Positions 37,843-46,779 of a DNA stretch of 64,000 nt are shown here, piece after piece. The DNA comes from a virus. The position numbers were made by a program, and so were the translations under genes. Below the pieces are notes generated by a model. The model saw nothing but the letters and a program-made list of their open reading frames with translations. It did not search any database and had not been told where the DNA came from. Within the stretch, counting starts at the first letter, position 1. Every line of letters starts with the position of its first letter. The stretch lies in IMG/VR virus record IMGVR_UViG_3300047551_001325, positions 9,535-73,534 of that record; one strand, 5' to 3'.

Positions 37843-39633
37843 ATGGCCCGCAAATCCTTTGTAGTTAGAAGTACAGCACCTAGCGGTGGTTCATACCTAC
37901 AGTACTACCCATCTGGAGCTTCTTTAGGTTCAGCTAGTGCTACTGGAGCAGCATCTGCTGCCTATATACGCGGAGATGGCGTTCAAGTACCACCTACTCT
38001 AGGTACGGCTGTACCGGTTGGTAATACGCTATACAACGCTGCTTATTTTGAAGCAGCGGCTTCTAGTTACAATGAAGTAACACTGTCTTGGGATTTAACT
38101 CTGTATGATACAGACCCAACTAACCCGTCCTCTACAAGACCATACTCAGTATTGATTGTGTATTCAAACTATGGTTGCCCAGACACTATCGATGAGGGTT
38201 CCATAATAGTTGAAACGCGTAACATATCTAGTTTTGTTCATACAGAAGTTATAGGTGTATGGGCTTACTATTCAATGTTTATTAGATATAGATCTTATGA
38301 AGGAGACGACTACTATGAGATCGTTTCAAAGATGCCAGTACTACTACCCAGTAACCAGGATTCTTTGGAAGATCTATACTCAAAAATTCCTGAACACTAC
38401 CGGGCTTTAGACGAGGCAGATTCAGGGCATTTACAAAAATATTTGTCAATATTCAGTTGGGACTTGGACAAAATTAAATCTACGCTACGGTATGCATTAG
38501 CAATGCGTGACCCATTGGTGTCCGATGAAGAATTACTTAACTATGTGGCTCAAGATTTAGGAGTGACACTAACAACAGATGACGTAGGTTCTCAACGTTT
38601 AAGAGATTACTTAATAAGTTTTTCAAAACTTAAAAAGAAAGCAGGATCAAAAACATCTATTGAAGCACACCTTGAAGCTTTGTGTGGAGCAGATGTAATA
38701 TTAAACGAATCTGCTAAAACAATAAAAGTATACCCACAAAGAATAAACCTTTTATCTGACCCAGCATTCACCAGTGGAGTTGCATCTGGCCTTGATGGTG
38801 GAGAGCCAACTGTAACAAACAGTGCAATAGCATATGATTCTGGTGTCTTAGGAGATTCACAGACCGTGGTGTACAGTGGTGGATCAACGCCAAACGAAAC
38901 ACTTAGCTCAGGAGTTGCCACTACCGAACGGTGGTCAAGTTTTCCAGACCCAATAGACACTACCTATACGTACCTTGAGACAGCCTCTACGGCAAGTCCT
39001 GGTTCTCCAAAATACATAAAAGTAATAGGTGGAGACATTCTGTATTTTTCAATCTCTGTACCTCCTGAAACAGATGTTGCTGCGTATATACAAGATTCTA
39101 TTAACTCAGTATCTTTGTATGCACCAGGGGGTGCCTCTGGAGGATCTGCTGGGTTAATAACCACGGATAGCACTGCTCAAATTTATGCTGGAAAAAGTTA
39201 TTGGAGATTAGAAGTACCTTCTTCTGTAACGTCCTACACAAATGCTGTTTTAAGCATACGCTTTGCTAACTCTGTTGGATCGGTGTCTATATCTTATAAT
39301 GACTTCCAATACGCCCTTCTTGAAAGAGACTATATTGGAGAATACTTTGATGGAAACACATCTCGTGGTGGGTGGTTGATCGGGTCAACTGGCTCAATAT
39401 CAGACTATCGTTGGAAGGGGACAGCAAACGATTCTGAATCCGTGTACTCATCCAACTGGGCAAAGACTCAAAATGTAATAGACAGACTCCTTCAGTTCAT
39501 AATCCCCGTAACCGAATCAATTTCTTCTGGAACCCTGTACAGTAATGGTTACTACAAAAACACAAGTAACGTTATTTCAAAGATACCAACTTACAAATAC
39601 GTAATAACATACGACAACATACCAGGAGTTTAA
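37843..39633 (+). CDS. Baseplate wedge/fibre-attachment protein (P2 gpI-like core)
   Basis: LYSKIPEHY..D..LQKYL, LLNYVAQDLG; EYFDG..W.G.A..S.S. Confidence 0.65.
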   Translation: MARKSFVVRSTAPSGGSYLQYYPSGASLGSASATGAASAAYIRGDGVQVPPTLGTAVPVGNTLYNAAYFEAAASSYNEVTLSWDLTLYDTDPTNPSSTRPYSVLIVYSNYGCPDTIDEGSIIVETRNISSFVHTEVIGVWAYYSMFIRYRSYEGDDYYEIVSKMPVLLPSNQDSLEDLYSKIPEHYRALDEADSGHLQKYLSIFSWDLDKIKSTLRYALAMRDPLVSDEELLNYVAQDLGVTLTTDDVGSQRLRDYLISFSKLKKKAGSKTSIEAHLEALCGADVILNESAKTIKVYPQRINLLSDPAFTSGVASGLDGGEPTVTNSAIAYDSGVLGDSQTVVYSGGSTPNETLSSGVATTERWSSFPDPIDTTYTYLETASTASPGSPKYIKVIGGDILYFSISVPPETDVAAYIQDSINSVSLYAPGGASGGSAGLITTDSTAQIYAGKSYWRLEVPSSVTSYTNAVLSIRFANSVGSVSISYNDFQYALLERDYIGEYFDGNTSRGGWLIGSTGSISDYRWKGTANDSESVYSSNWAKTQNVIDRLLQFIIPVTESISSGTLYSNGYYKNTSNVISKIPTYKYVITYDNIPGV

Positions 39634-39634
39634 A

Positions 39635-39889
39635 ATGGATTTGATTATAGCTGGGTTAGCTGTATACAAAGTATTACAGTTTATTGATTCCTTGCTACCA
39701 AAAGAAGCCATGCCATGGGTAAAACTACTTGCATCACTGTCACTGTCGTACGGTGCATGCGCATTAATTTCTACCGAGAATATTTTAATTAATGGAGCGG
39801 CAGTTGCCGCACTATCTGGTACAGTGCACTCAGTCCTTCGCTTGTTAACTCTAAGTGGAGACGCAGCTTCCAGAAAAAATATTAGATAG
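39635..39889 (+). CDS. Small membrane protein
   Basis: AGGAG SD; hydrophobic segments. Confidence 0.65.
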   Translation: MDLIIAGLAVYKVLQFIDSLLPKEAMPWVKLLASLSLSYGACALISTENILINGAAVAALSGTVHSVLRLLTLSGDAASRKNIR

Positions 39890-39897
39890 GAGATTTA

Positions 39898-40698
39898 GTG
39901 GGTACTAACACAACTTACGGAATACTCGGAACTTCTGATGTTCCAAGAGAGGTCATCGTTGCGTCACTGACGGACAGTGGTAAAGGCCGATATGTAATTC
40001 CTTGGTACGGAACTAAAAAGATATCCCCAGCTCTTGAGTATGTTTACGATTGGCTGTTGGATAACGAGATGGAATACGTAGTCATCGAAGCTACTGATGG
40101 TAGACCGTTGCCAAACGCAATTAAAAAGTCAGCTGCATCTGTAGAACAAACGGATGAAGTAGACATGGAAATCATGTCTCTTCTTGAGGCAACAAAGGAC
40201 AGTGCTGCATTAATTATGTGGGATGAGTCAAACCCACAGCGTTCATTGTTTTTGGCATCAACAGCGTTGGGTATGGGTATTAAGTCTCTTGAGCTTACAA
40301 ACGGATTAGTGCCGATAATTGTAGAAGATTCAGATTTAATCATACCCGCTTCTAACAATCAGTCTGGTGTTATGCAATTAACAACCAAGAGCAACACTGA
40401 CGCACACATTGATAACTTGTTAAATCTAGACACAAGTAGTTTTGATAGAGAAACACTTGAGGTTATGCCAGCAGTATCCGTTAAACGAATGGCTGCAAAC
40501 GCAGGGTTTAACGTTAAGACAAAAGAGGAAGCAATTAATGCCTTGACAGGAACACCTATTGAAGAACAGATTGCTAGTTTGGATGTAGGAACTGTTTTGT
40601 TAATGTTTAATGATGGTACAGAACTTGGATTTTCCATGAATAAAGATCTACTAAAAAAGATCATGGATGTAGTTTTAGATCATCAAGCAAACTTGTAA
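39898..40698 (+). CDS. Hypothetical protein
   Basis: AGGAG plus GTG start; 266-aa ORF. Confidence 0.7.
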   Translation: MGTNTTYGILGTSDVPREVIVASLTDSGKGRYVIPWYGTKKISPALEYVYDWLLDNEMEYVVIEATDGRPLPNAIKKSAASVEQTDEVDMEIMSLLEATKDSAALIMWDESNPQRSLFLASTALGMGIKSLELTNGLVPIIVEDSDLIIPASNNQSGVMQLTTKSNTDAHIDNLLNLDTSSFDRETLEVMPAVSVKRMAANAGFNVKTKEEAINALTGTPIEEQIASLDVGTVLLMFNDGTELGFSMNKDLLKKIMDVVLDHQANL

Positions 40699-40716
40699 TC
40701 TGCACAAGTTGCAAAT

Positions 40717-40752
40717 AAAAAAGCCCCAGGTTTTTCCTGGGGCTTTTTCTTT
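40717..40752. terminator. Bidirectional intrinsic terminator between convergent blocks
   Basis: AAAAAA-GCCCCAGG-ttttt-CCTGGGGC-TTTTTCTTT. Confidence 0.9.
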
Positions 40753-40779
40753 ACCTACAACTGCAGGTAATCAATGAGT

Positions 40780-40896
40780 TCACTTCTTTTTGGGGGCTGC
40801 CTTCTTGGCAGGTGCTGACTTCTTGCCCTTGGCGGGACCTTTGCCGTAACCGGGGTCCTTCTTGTCCTTGAGGCCACATCCACATGATGCACACAT
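40780..40896 (-). CDS. 38-aa micro-protein with CxxCGC head and Lys/Ala/Pro tail, not in ORF track
   Basis: GGAGGT SD; MCASCGCGLKDKKDPGYGKGPAKGKKSAPAKKAAPKKK. Confidence 0.75.
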   Translation of the reverse strand: MCASCGCGLKDKKDPGYGKGPAKGKKSAPAKKAAPKKK

Positions 40897-40897
40897 A

Positions 40898-41146
40898 CTA
40901 CTTACCTCCCTTCCTATGTTTTGCTGTTTTCTTAGCAATTGCTTCAGGCTGTTTTACAAACTGTTTACCTTCGCTGTTGCCTTTTGCTTTAGCTCTATTT
41001 GTAGCAGCTTTTTCTGCAGGAGACAACGAATCCCAAGCTTTATCTGGAAGATAACGTTTTTTTCCTTTTGACTCTGATCCGTCTGAGGTTCGCCACTTTT
41101 CTTTAGTCCACTTGTCAAGATCTTTTTGTGGTTCCTTCTTGGCCAT
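40898..41146 (-). CDS. Basic small protein (second half of a DUF5872-like pair)
   Basis: KWTKEKWRTSDG..RYLPDKAW..KQFVKQP. Confidence 0.75.
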   Translation of the reverse strand: MAKKEPQKDLDKWTKEKWRTSDGSESKGKKRYLPDKAWDSLSPAEKAATNRAKAKGNSEGKQFVKQPEAIAKKTAKHRKGGK

Positions 41147-41148
41147 GA

Positions 41149-41340
41149 TTAATCCTTGTAACCGCCGCCAGCTTCTTTATAACGCTTGGCTAGCAGTTGT
41201 GCTTTGCGTGCTGACCATTCACCAGGGTCTCCTCCCTTGGTGCCAGCTTTGATCTCATTGAACAAGCGTTTACGTAGAGCGGGTTTGGTGTAGTTGCCGG
41301 CTTCGTTGACTTTTGATTCAGTTTTCTTTTTAGCGGCCAT
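41149..41340 (-). CDS. Basic small protein (DUF5872-like)
   Basis: NYTKPALR..GG.PGEWSARKAQLLAKRY..AGGGY. Confidence 0.75.
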   Translation of the reverse strand: MAAKKKTESKVNEAGNYTKPALRKRLFNEIKAGTKGGDPGEWSARKAQLLAKRYKEAGGGYKD

Positions 41341-41627
41341 CAGCAATCCCACTTACGCAAAGACTTGTTAATCCGTGAATTGGGATCATTTGCTGTCTTC
41401 TTTGAAGTGTTCTTCTTCTTCATACCTTCCATGCGTGCACAAAAAGAGTCACGTCTGGCAGCGTCCTTCTTGGATTTAGCTGCCTTTTCTTTTGACACGG
41501 GTGGTTTTAGGTCGCTACCTGGGTGCTCCCGCTCATAAGATCTGCGGCCTTCAGCATTAAGACCACCCTCAGGATTTTTTCCTTCAGATCTAGTCCAAGC
41601 AGCGGACTTTTTCTTTTTAGCAGTCAT
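41340..41627 (-). CDS. Basic small protein (DUF6321-like)
   Basis: AWTRSEGKNPEGGLN..RRDSFCARM..DPNSRINKSLRKWDC; GAGGT SD. Confidence 0.75.
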   Translation of the reverse strand: MTAKKKKSAAWTRSEGKNPEGGLNAEGRRSYEREHPGSDLKPPVSKEKAAKSKKDAARRDSFCARMEGMKKKNTSKKTANDPNSRINKSLRKWDC

Positions 41628-41634
41628 AGTTACC

Positions 41635-42069
41635 TCACTTAGTCGAAGCGCGGAGTTGCCACGCCCATTTTTTGTGCATGTCAATTCGTCCAGATATAAA
41701 ATCCGCAATACCTTGTTCATCTGCTTTAGTTGCTTTTTTAAAGGTATCATTAAGTGATTTAATTACAGATTCATTGGCGGTAAGCAAAGCTTTTGCCATT
41801 GCTTTTGGGGACGGTTCAACATCTTTAAACTGTACCGTAGTTAACTCATTAAACTTCTTTAAACTAAATGGAGCGTAGTCATCTAACTTACGGATGTTCT
41901 CTGCAATAGGGTCGATGCTCCCGTAGGCGTCTTCATAGATGTCTGAGAACAAATCGTGGTATTGACTGAAGTCAGGCCCTTCTACATTCCAATGGTACCC
42001 ATGGGCCATAAAGTAAAATGTAACTACGTCCGACACGAGTACTTTTAAAGCTTTAATTAATTCTTCCAT
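41635..42069 (-). CDS. dps: Dps (DNA protection during starvation, ferritin-like)
   Basis: HGYHWNVEG..F..H..Y...D.IAE.IR; H.K..W.L. Confidence 0.92.
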   Translation of the reverse strand: MEELIKALKVLVSDVVTFYFMAHGYHWNVEGPDFSQYHDLFSDIYEDAYGSIDPIAENIRKLDDYAPFSLKKFNELTTVQFKDVEPSPKAMAKALLTANESVIKSLNDTFKKATKADEQGIADFISGRIDMHKKWAWQLRASTK

Positions 42070-42097
42070 TGTGCTCCTAGTCAAACGGTCACCCCAA

Positions 42098-42106
42098 ATA
42101 ATACCA
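42098..42106 (-). promoter_or_regulatory. Extended -10 promoter (TGgTATTAT) for the leftward cassette
   Basis: Reverse complement of ataatacca, about 30 nt upstream of dps. Confidence 0.5.
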
Positions 42107-42157
42107 TCTCGACAATGGTTGCGGACAGCAACAGGTGGCGCTAACCTCAGTGGTCCA

Positions 42158-43411
42158 ATGGGAACTAATAACGTATTTGGTGGGCGTTTTGTCGCTGTAC
42201 CTGAGTGGGCATTGACCTACGTAAACGAGCACGGACAGCCACGTGATCTACAGATACTAACATGTATTGTGTCAATGATAAACTTTCATGACAAGTCTGT
42301 AACCGTGTCTGTGACTGAGCTGGCAAAGATTGCCCACACATCAAAAGAAACTGTAAAACGATCACTAAAATGGTTAGCTGACAACTTTGTAATCAGTGTA
42401 ACTGTTGATAAAAAACCAAACCCAAACACATACACAGTACATTACACTCAGCAAGTGATGGGGTCATCAGTGACCCCATCTAGGGTCATGGATGACCCAT
42501 TCATGGGGGCATCAGTGACCCCTACTACGGTAGGGGATAGGGTCGTACATGACCCTATTAAAACGCTTGAACTGCCAGCGTGTGAGGGGTTTTCTGAAAC
42601 TCCTAGAGTAATACTATTACTAAACAGAGAAAATACAGAAGTACTACAAAAGGCCGATGGCGGAGATGGTAAGGTTAATGACATGATTTTAGGCGCAGAT
42701 CCAAACGATGTTGTGAAGAGTGATGAACCGGTTAAACGCAAGCCACGTCCTGAAGTAAATCACTTAGTAAACTACTTTGTTTATCATCCACGATCAGTAA
42801 TGGCGTGTTCGTACACGTTTCAAGAAACACAAATACTCAGAAGAACTATACGGTTACTCCTAGACTCTGGGCTTACACGGGCATCAATTGCAAAAATGAT
42901 TGACAAGTTCTTTAGCACCGACCGAATGCGCTCAGCAGATTCTCCTGTACACATGTTCTCAAGCAAAGCAGTTCAACAATCTTTGATGGACAAAGTTGAA
43001 ACTGAATTAGATGAGAACACCAACCCAGTTCTGACATTGATGCTCAATGACTTCAACAGAGATAATGTACATCTACCGTGGGATTCATCAGCAGACGAGC
43101 ATCTTCGTAAAACAGTTATCATGTCTGGAATGGATGCTTGTTATCGCTATCCAGAAGTAGTTGCTAAAGTAATTGAATCCTACACAGACTTCTCTCATCC
43201 AGAGTTTAAACGTAAACTATCTGCACTTAACTCTCTGGTTAAGTGGCACTTAAACGAAGAGGACTGCGATAAAGAAGAACTTTTAAAAATTCTTTCTGAT
43301 ACCACACTTCCAAAAGAGTTGCTTGCAAAAACTAGGTCAACCCTTAGACCAGCAGCTGATACGATTGTTTCAGCAATTTACAATTATCGAAGAGGTTCTC
43401 ATGGGGTATGA
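42158..43411 (+). CDS. Replication initiator-like protein with N-terminal HTH
   Basis: SVTELAKIAHTSKETVKRSLKWL..NTY; internal DNA repeats; precedes loader and helicase. Confidence 0.75.
   Translation: MGTNNVFGGRFVAVPEWALTYVNEHGQPRDLQILTCIVSMINFHDKSVTVSVTELAKIAHTSKETVKRSLKWLADNFVISVTVDKKPNPNTYTVHYTQQVMGSSVTPSRVMDDPFMGASVTPTTVGDRVVHDPIKTLELPACEGFSETPRVILLLNRENTEVLQKADGGDGKVNDMILGADPNDVVKSDEPVKRKPRPEVNHLVNYFVYHPRSVMACSYTFQETQILRRTIRLLLDSGLTRASIAKMIDKFFSTDRMRSADSPVHMFSSKAVQQSLMDKVETELDENTNPVLTLMLNDFNRDNVHLPWDSSADEHLRKTVIMSGMDACYRYPEVVAKVIESYTDFSHPEFKRKLSALNSLVKWHLNEEDCDKEELLKILSDTTLPKELLAKTRSTLRPAADTIVSAIYNYRRGSHGV
42457..42558. repeat. Four palindromic iteron-like sites, probable replication origin
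   Basis: GGGTCA-N4-TGACCC-type sites starting at 42461, 42483, 42506 and 42540. Confidence 0.75.
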
Positions 43412-43616
43412 CGGTATGTTTGCGTTTGCAAGTTTTGAAGACCTTATCAACTTTGTGACTTGGGTCACAGCATCGTTTGATGACCCACAAGAGTTCATGG
43501 AATGGGTAGAGTCACGGACCTCAGACTTTTCAAAAATTGACAATGAATTTTGGAGCATAATTGAAAATGGCTATTACACGGAAAGTACCAACACAGACGT
43601 TCCCGGTTCCGACTGA
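43401..43616 (+). CDS. Small acidic hypothetical protein
   Basis: GAGG SD before ATG at 43401. Confidence 0.55.
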   Translation: MGYDGMFAFASFEDLINFVTWVTASFDDPQEFMEWVESRTSDFSKIDNEFWSIIENGYYTESTNTDVPGSD

Positions 43617-44196
43617 TTGGAAATCTGAAAAGTGGTGGCGTAACCGCTCAAAAGACGAACGTGTGTTCCACACACGCATACCAGCAAGATGGACGAGCTT
43701 CGCTCTAGAAAATCTAGAAGTAAGTGACTCCACTAAATCTGAAGTATCAAAGTGGTTGAATAATTATCAACCAGGTGACAGTCTTTTCCTACACGGAAAA
43801 TCAGGTTGTGGAAAGAGTGTTGTTGCTCAAGCAGTCCTATCTGAGATTGTTTCTAACCACGAGCTTTCTGGCCGCTTTGTAAGTAGCGATCGGTATATCG
43901 ACATGCTCAAAGATACATTTGAACAGGATGGTGGACTACTTCCTGAAATGTACTCAATGCCATACTTACTGAAGTACATTCAAGGTGTCTTTGATGTTGT
44001 CATGCTTGATGGTGTTGGTCAAGAAAGAGAAACTGATTTCTCAACACACGAAATCGGTAGCCTCATTAGGCGCAGATATGAAGACACCAGATCAATGATC
44101 ATCACAACAACGATGGGTGTAATGGACTTCAATCGACGTTATGGGGATCGGGTAAAGGTCGCAACAACGGAGATGACAGAGATTAGAGTTTCGTAA
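43567..44196 (+). CDS. DnaC/IstB-like helicase loader ATPase
   Basis: IPARW, HGKSGCGKS, VMLDGVGQE, LIRRRY, IITT. Confidence 0.88.
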   Translation: MAITRKVPTQTFPVPTDWKSEKWWRNRSKDERVFHTRIPARWTSFALENLEVSDSTKSEVSKWLNNYQPGDSLFLHGKSGCGKSVVAQAVLSEIVSNHELSGRFVSSDRYIDMLKDTFEQDGGLLPEMYSMPYLLKYIQGVFDVVMLDGVGQERETDFSTHEIGSLIRRRYEDTRSMIITTTMGVMDFNRRYGDRVKVATTEMTEIRVS

Positions 44197-44639
44197 TGGA
44201 ACGCGGAGACATATCCGATTACACAATTATTTCCCAAGCCTGTATCTGGGAAGGCGTACTTGCTAATCCACCTGAAGGGCTTACTTCTAAAACTCGTTAT
44301 CGTTTCTACGAGCGTGCCAACAACTGGGATTCAGCCATACCAATGTGGAAACCAAATGACTTGTCCGTCAGATCAATTGCTGACTGCACCAACAGATTGC
44401 ATATTGGTACTGACGTGATCACATTTCTATCTCAAGATGCTGTAGACCCCATCTATAACTGGTTGCTCAGAAAAGGAATTACTACTACCGTGTTGTATTA
44501 CCCCTCAGCTGAGGAGTATGCTCTTGACCTTCGCTACAACCGTGGAATAAAAACCGTCTACGTTGCCAACGATGACGACGCACTAACGATAGGGTTACGA
44601 GCCCATGTCGTACAACCAAACACTGCTTGGAGAATCTGA
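44196..44639 (+). CDS. Hypothetical protein, possibly degenerate HAD-like fold
   Basis: IWEGVLA N-terminal strand; coupled between loader and helicase. Confidence 0.6.
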   Translation: MERGDISDYTIISQACIWEGVLANPPEGLTSKTRYRFYERANNWDSAIPMWKPNDLSVRSIADCTNRLHIGTDVITFLSQDAVDPIYNWLLRKGITTTVLYYPSAEEYALDLRYNRGIKTVYVANDDDALTIGLRAHVVQPNTAWRI

Positions 44640-45892
44640 TGGCTTCCAGTGAGCTGTATTTAGTTTCAAAAATAATTCAAGAAAAAGATATAACTACTCC
44701 GGTACGAGCCGGACTAAAACCAGACCACTTTACTGGTTCTTGGGTTGAGGTTTGGTCTTGGTTGCTTGACTTCCAACGTACTCACGGTGCAGTTCCTACT
44801 GAACGTGTGTTTTCACAAGAGTTTGGCGACATACATCTTGAGGATGCATCCGGAGAAACTTTCTCCAGACTTATTGATGAAGTCCTCGCTGCGTACCGGC
44901 AGAGAACCATCATGGATTCTCTATCCCATGCAATCCCCGCGATCAACAACAACGACATTGATGAAGCAATGTCAGCCCTTGCGGCGGGTCTTCAAAAAGC
45001 CTCAGTTGAATCATCACGTCTTAGAGACATTGACATTATTCAAAACTGGGAAAACAGAATGTCGCGTTATGAAGAGATGCGTAATACACCAAATGCTCTT
45101 CGTGGCATACCTACAGGTTTTCATGGGCTAGACAGAATCACACACGGTCTTCGTCCGCAACAGTTTATTGTGTTTGCAGGAGAACCAAAGCGAGGAAAAT
45201 CTTTGTTTGCATTGATCCTTGCCAACTCCGCTCACATCCATGGAAAGCGCCCATTGTTTGTTTCTTTTGAAATGAGCATTGAGGAACAAGAGGCTCGTTA
45301 TGACTCTCTTATTTCTAAAGTTCCGTATACGCGTATCCTTTCGGGCGACCTGTCTAACTCTGATATGGCAAAGATCAAACGTGCGCTGAGTATAAGAAAG
45401 AACATGCAACCCTTTGTGTTTAGCGAGGACACATCGTCGTTGACAACAGTTACAGCACTGGCAGGAAAGGTTCAGGAATATCAACCAGACTTGCTTGTTG
45501 TAGATGGTGTGTACCTGATGGACGACGAAGAGGGTGAGGCAAAAGGCTCACCACAGGCTTTAACAAATATCACCAGAGCGTTGAAGCGACTTGCCCAACG
45601 ATTTGATATTCCGGTAGTTGCAACAACACAGGTGTTGTCATGGAAGCTACAGAACAGAAAAACACGAGCCGTAACCGCGGACGCAATCGGTTACACATCT
45701 TCGTTTGCTCAAGACGCAGACTTGATACTTGGTGTAGAACGAAATCCTGATGTAGACGATCAAGCGATTATCAGAGTTGTGCTAGCAAGAACTGCCCCAA
45801 CTGGAGAAGTACACGTAAAATGGGATTGGGCTACCATGGAGTTTGAGGAAGTAAACGATTATGACGACTACATCAACCCATCATTCGATTAA
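44639..45892 (+). CDS. dnaB: DnaB-like replicative helicase
   Basis: GIPTGF..LD, AGEPKRGKS, SFEMS, VVDGVYLM, QDAD. Confidence 0.93.
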   Translation: MASSELYLVSKIIQEKDITTPVRAGLKPDHFTGSWVEVWSWLLDFQRTHGAVPTERVFSQEFGDIHLEDASGETFSRLIDEVLAAYRQRTIMDSLSHAIPAINNNDIDEAMSALAAGLQKASVESSRLRDIDIIQNWENRMSRYEEMRNTPNALRGIPTGFHGLDRITHGLRPQQFIVFAGEPKRGKSLFALILANSAHIHGKRPLFVSFEMSIEEQEARYDSLISKVPYTRILSGDLSNSDMAKIKRALSIRKNMQPFVFSEDTSSLTTVTALAGKVQEYQPDLLVVDGVYLMDDEEGEAKGSPQALTNITRALKRLAQRFDIPVVATTQVLSWKLQNRKTRAVTADAIGYTSSFAQDADLILGVERNPDVDDQAIIRVVLARTAPTGEVHVKWDWATMEFEEVNDYDDYINPSFD

Positions 45893-46778
45893 CCTAGCTC
45901 AAGTTCTTGAGTCGGTTGGCGTTGAGATTAAGCGCGTTGGCGACAGAGAGATAACAGGCAAATGCCCTGTGCACATTCGTACTGTTGGACGCCAAGATAA
46001 CTCCCCGTCATGGAGCATGAACGCCACAACAGGTTTGTGGATATGCTTTTCATGTGGTGCTCGCGGGTCGTTATCATCGTTACTCTATGAACTTACTGGT
46101 GATTCTGATTCTCTAGGCATACAGAAGATGCTTGTTGAATCTTCTTTTGAAGCTTTAAAAGCACCAAAAGTTCAACAAGAAGAAGTTTACGTAGACCGCG
46201 ATGCATTCTTTGGTTTTGCAAGAGTGCCAGAAGCACTTTGTGCATCAAGAAACCTTGATCCAGAACTAACCCACAAACACGGCGTACGCTGGAACAAAGA
46301 CCGTAGGGCGTGGGCCATACCGATTATGTCGCCTACCGGAAGACTAGAGGGGTGGCAAGAGAAGAGACTTGGCAGTGTTCTTAATTATCCAAATGGTGTA
46401 AAGAAATCTAAAACACTTTTTGGTATTGAGCGTTTTAAAAGCAAGACAGCCGTCCTTGTAGAATCCCCACTTGACGTAGTTAGGTTTGCAGCCATAGGAA
46501 CTGATGCTCAAGCGTTAGGTACATTTGGTGCTTATGTATCCGATGAACAACTTAGATTAACTTTGTATGTTGCCGACAAAATTGTCGTAGCAATGGACAA
46601 CGATGACGCAGGCGTTGCTTCTAGCAAGAAGATATACAAAGCACTAGGTACCCCACGAGCAGGTCTTTTGTGGTGGAACTATAGTAATTCAAACTGCAAA
46701 GACATAGGTGACATGGAAGACGAGGAAATTAAGGTAGGATTAGATACCGCAACTGTCCTACCACCTTGGATTACCTAA
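45861..46778 (+). CDS. dnaG: DNA primase (CHC2 Zn finger plus TOPRIM)
   Basis: CPVH...CFSCG; LVESPLD; MDNDDAG; KDIGD. Confidence 0.9.
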   Translation: MTTTSTHHSINLAQVLESVGVEIKRVGDREITGKCPVHIRTVGRQDNSPSWSMNATTGLWICFSCGARGSLSSLLYELTGDSDSLGIQKMLVESSFEALKAPKVQQEEVYVDRDAFFGFARVPEALCASRNLDPELTHKHGVRWNKDRRAWAIPIMSPTGRLEGWQEKRLGSVLNYPNGVKKSKTLFGIERFKSKTAVLVESPLDVVRFAAIGTDAQALGTFGAYVSDEQLRLTLYVADKIVVAMDNDDAGVASSKKIYKALGTPRAGLLWWNYSNSNCKDIGDMEDEEIKVGLDTATVLPPWIT

Positions 46779-46779
46779 T

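Noticed and set aside
25821-39633. Bacterial extracellular contractile injection system
   Set aside because: Contiguous with terminase, portal and capsid genes, so it is a phage tail
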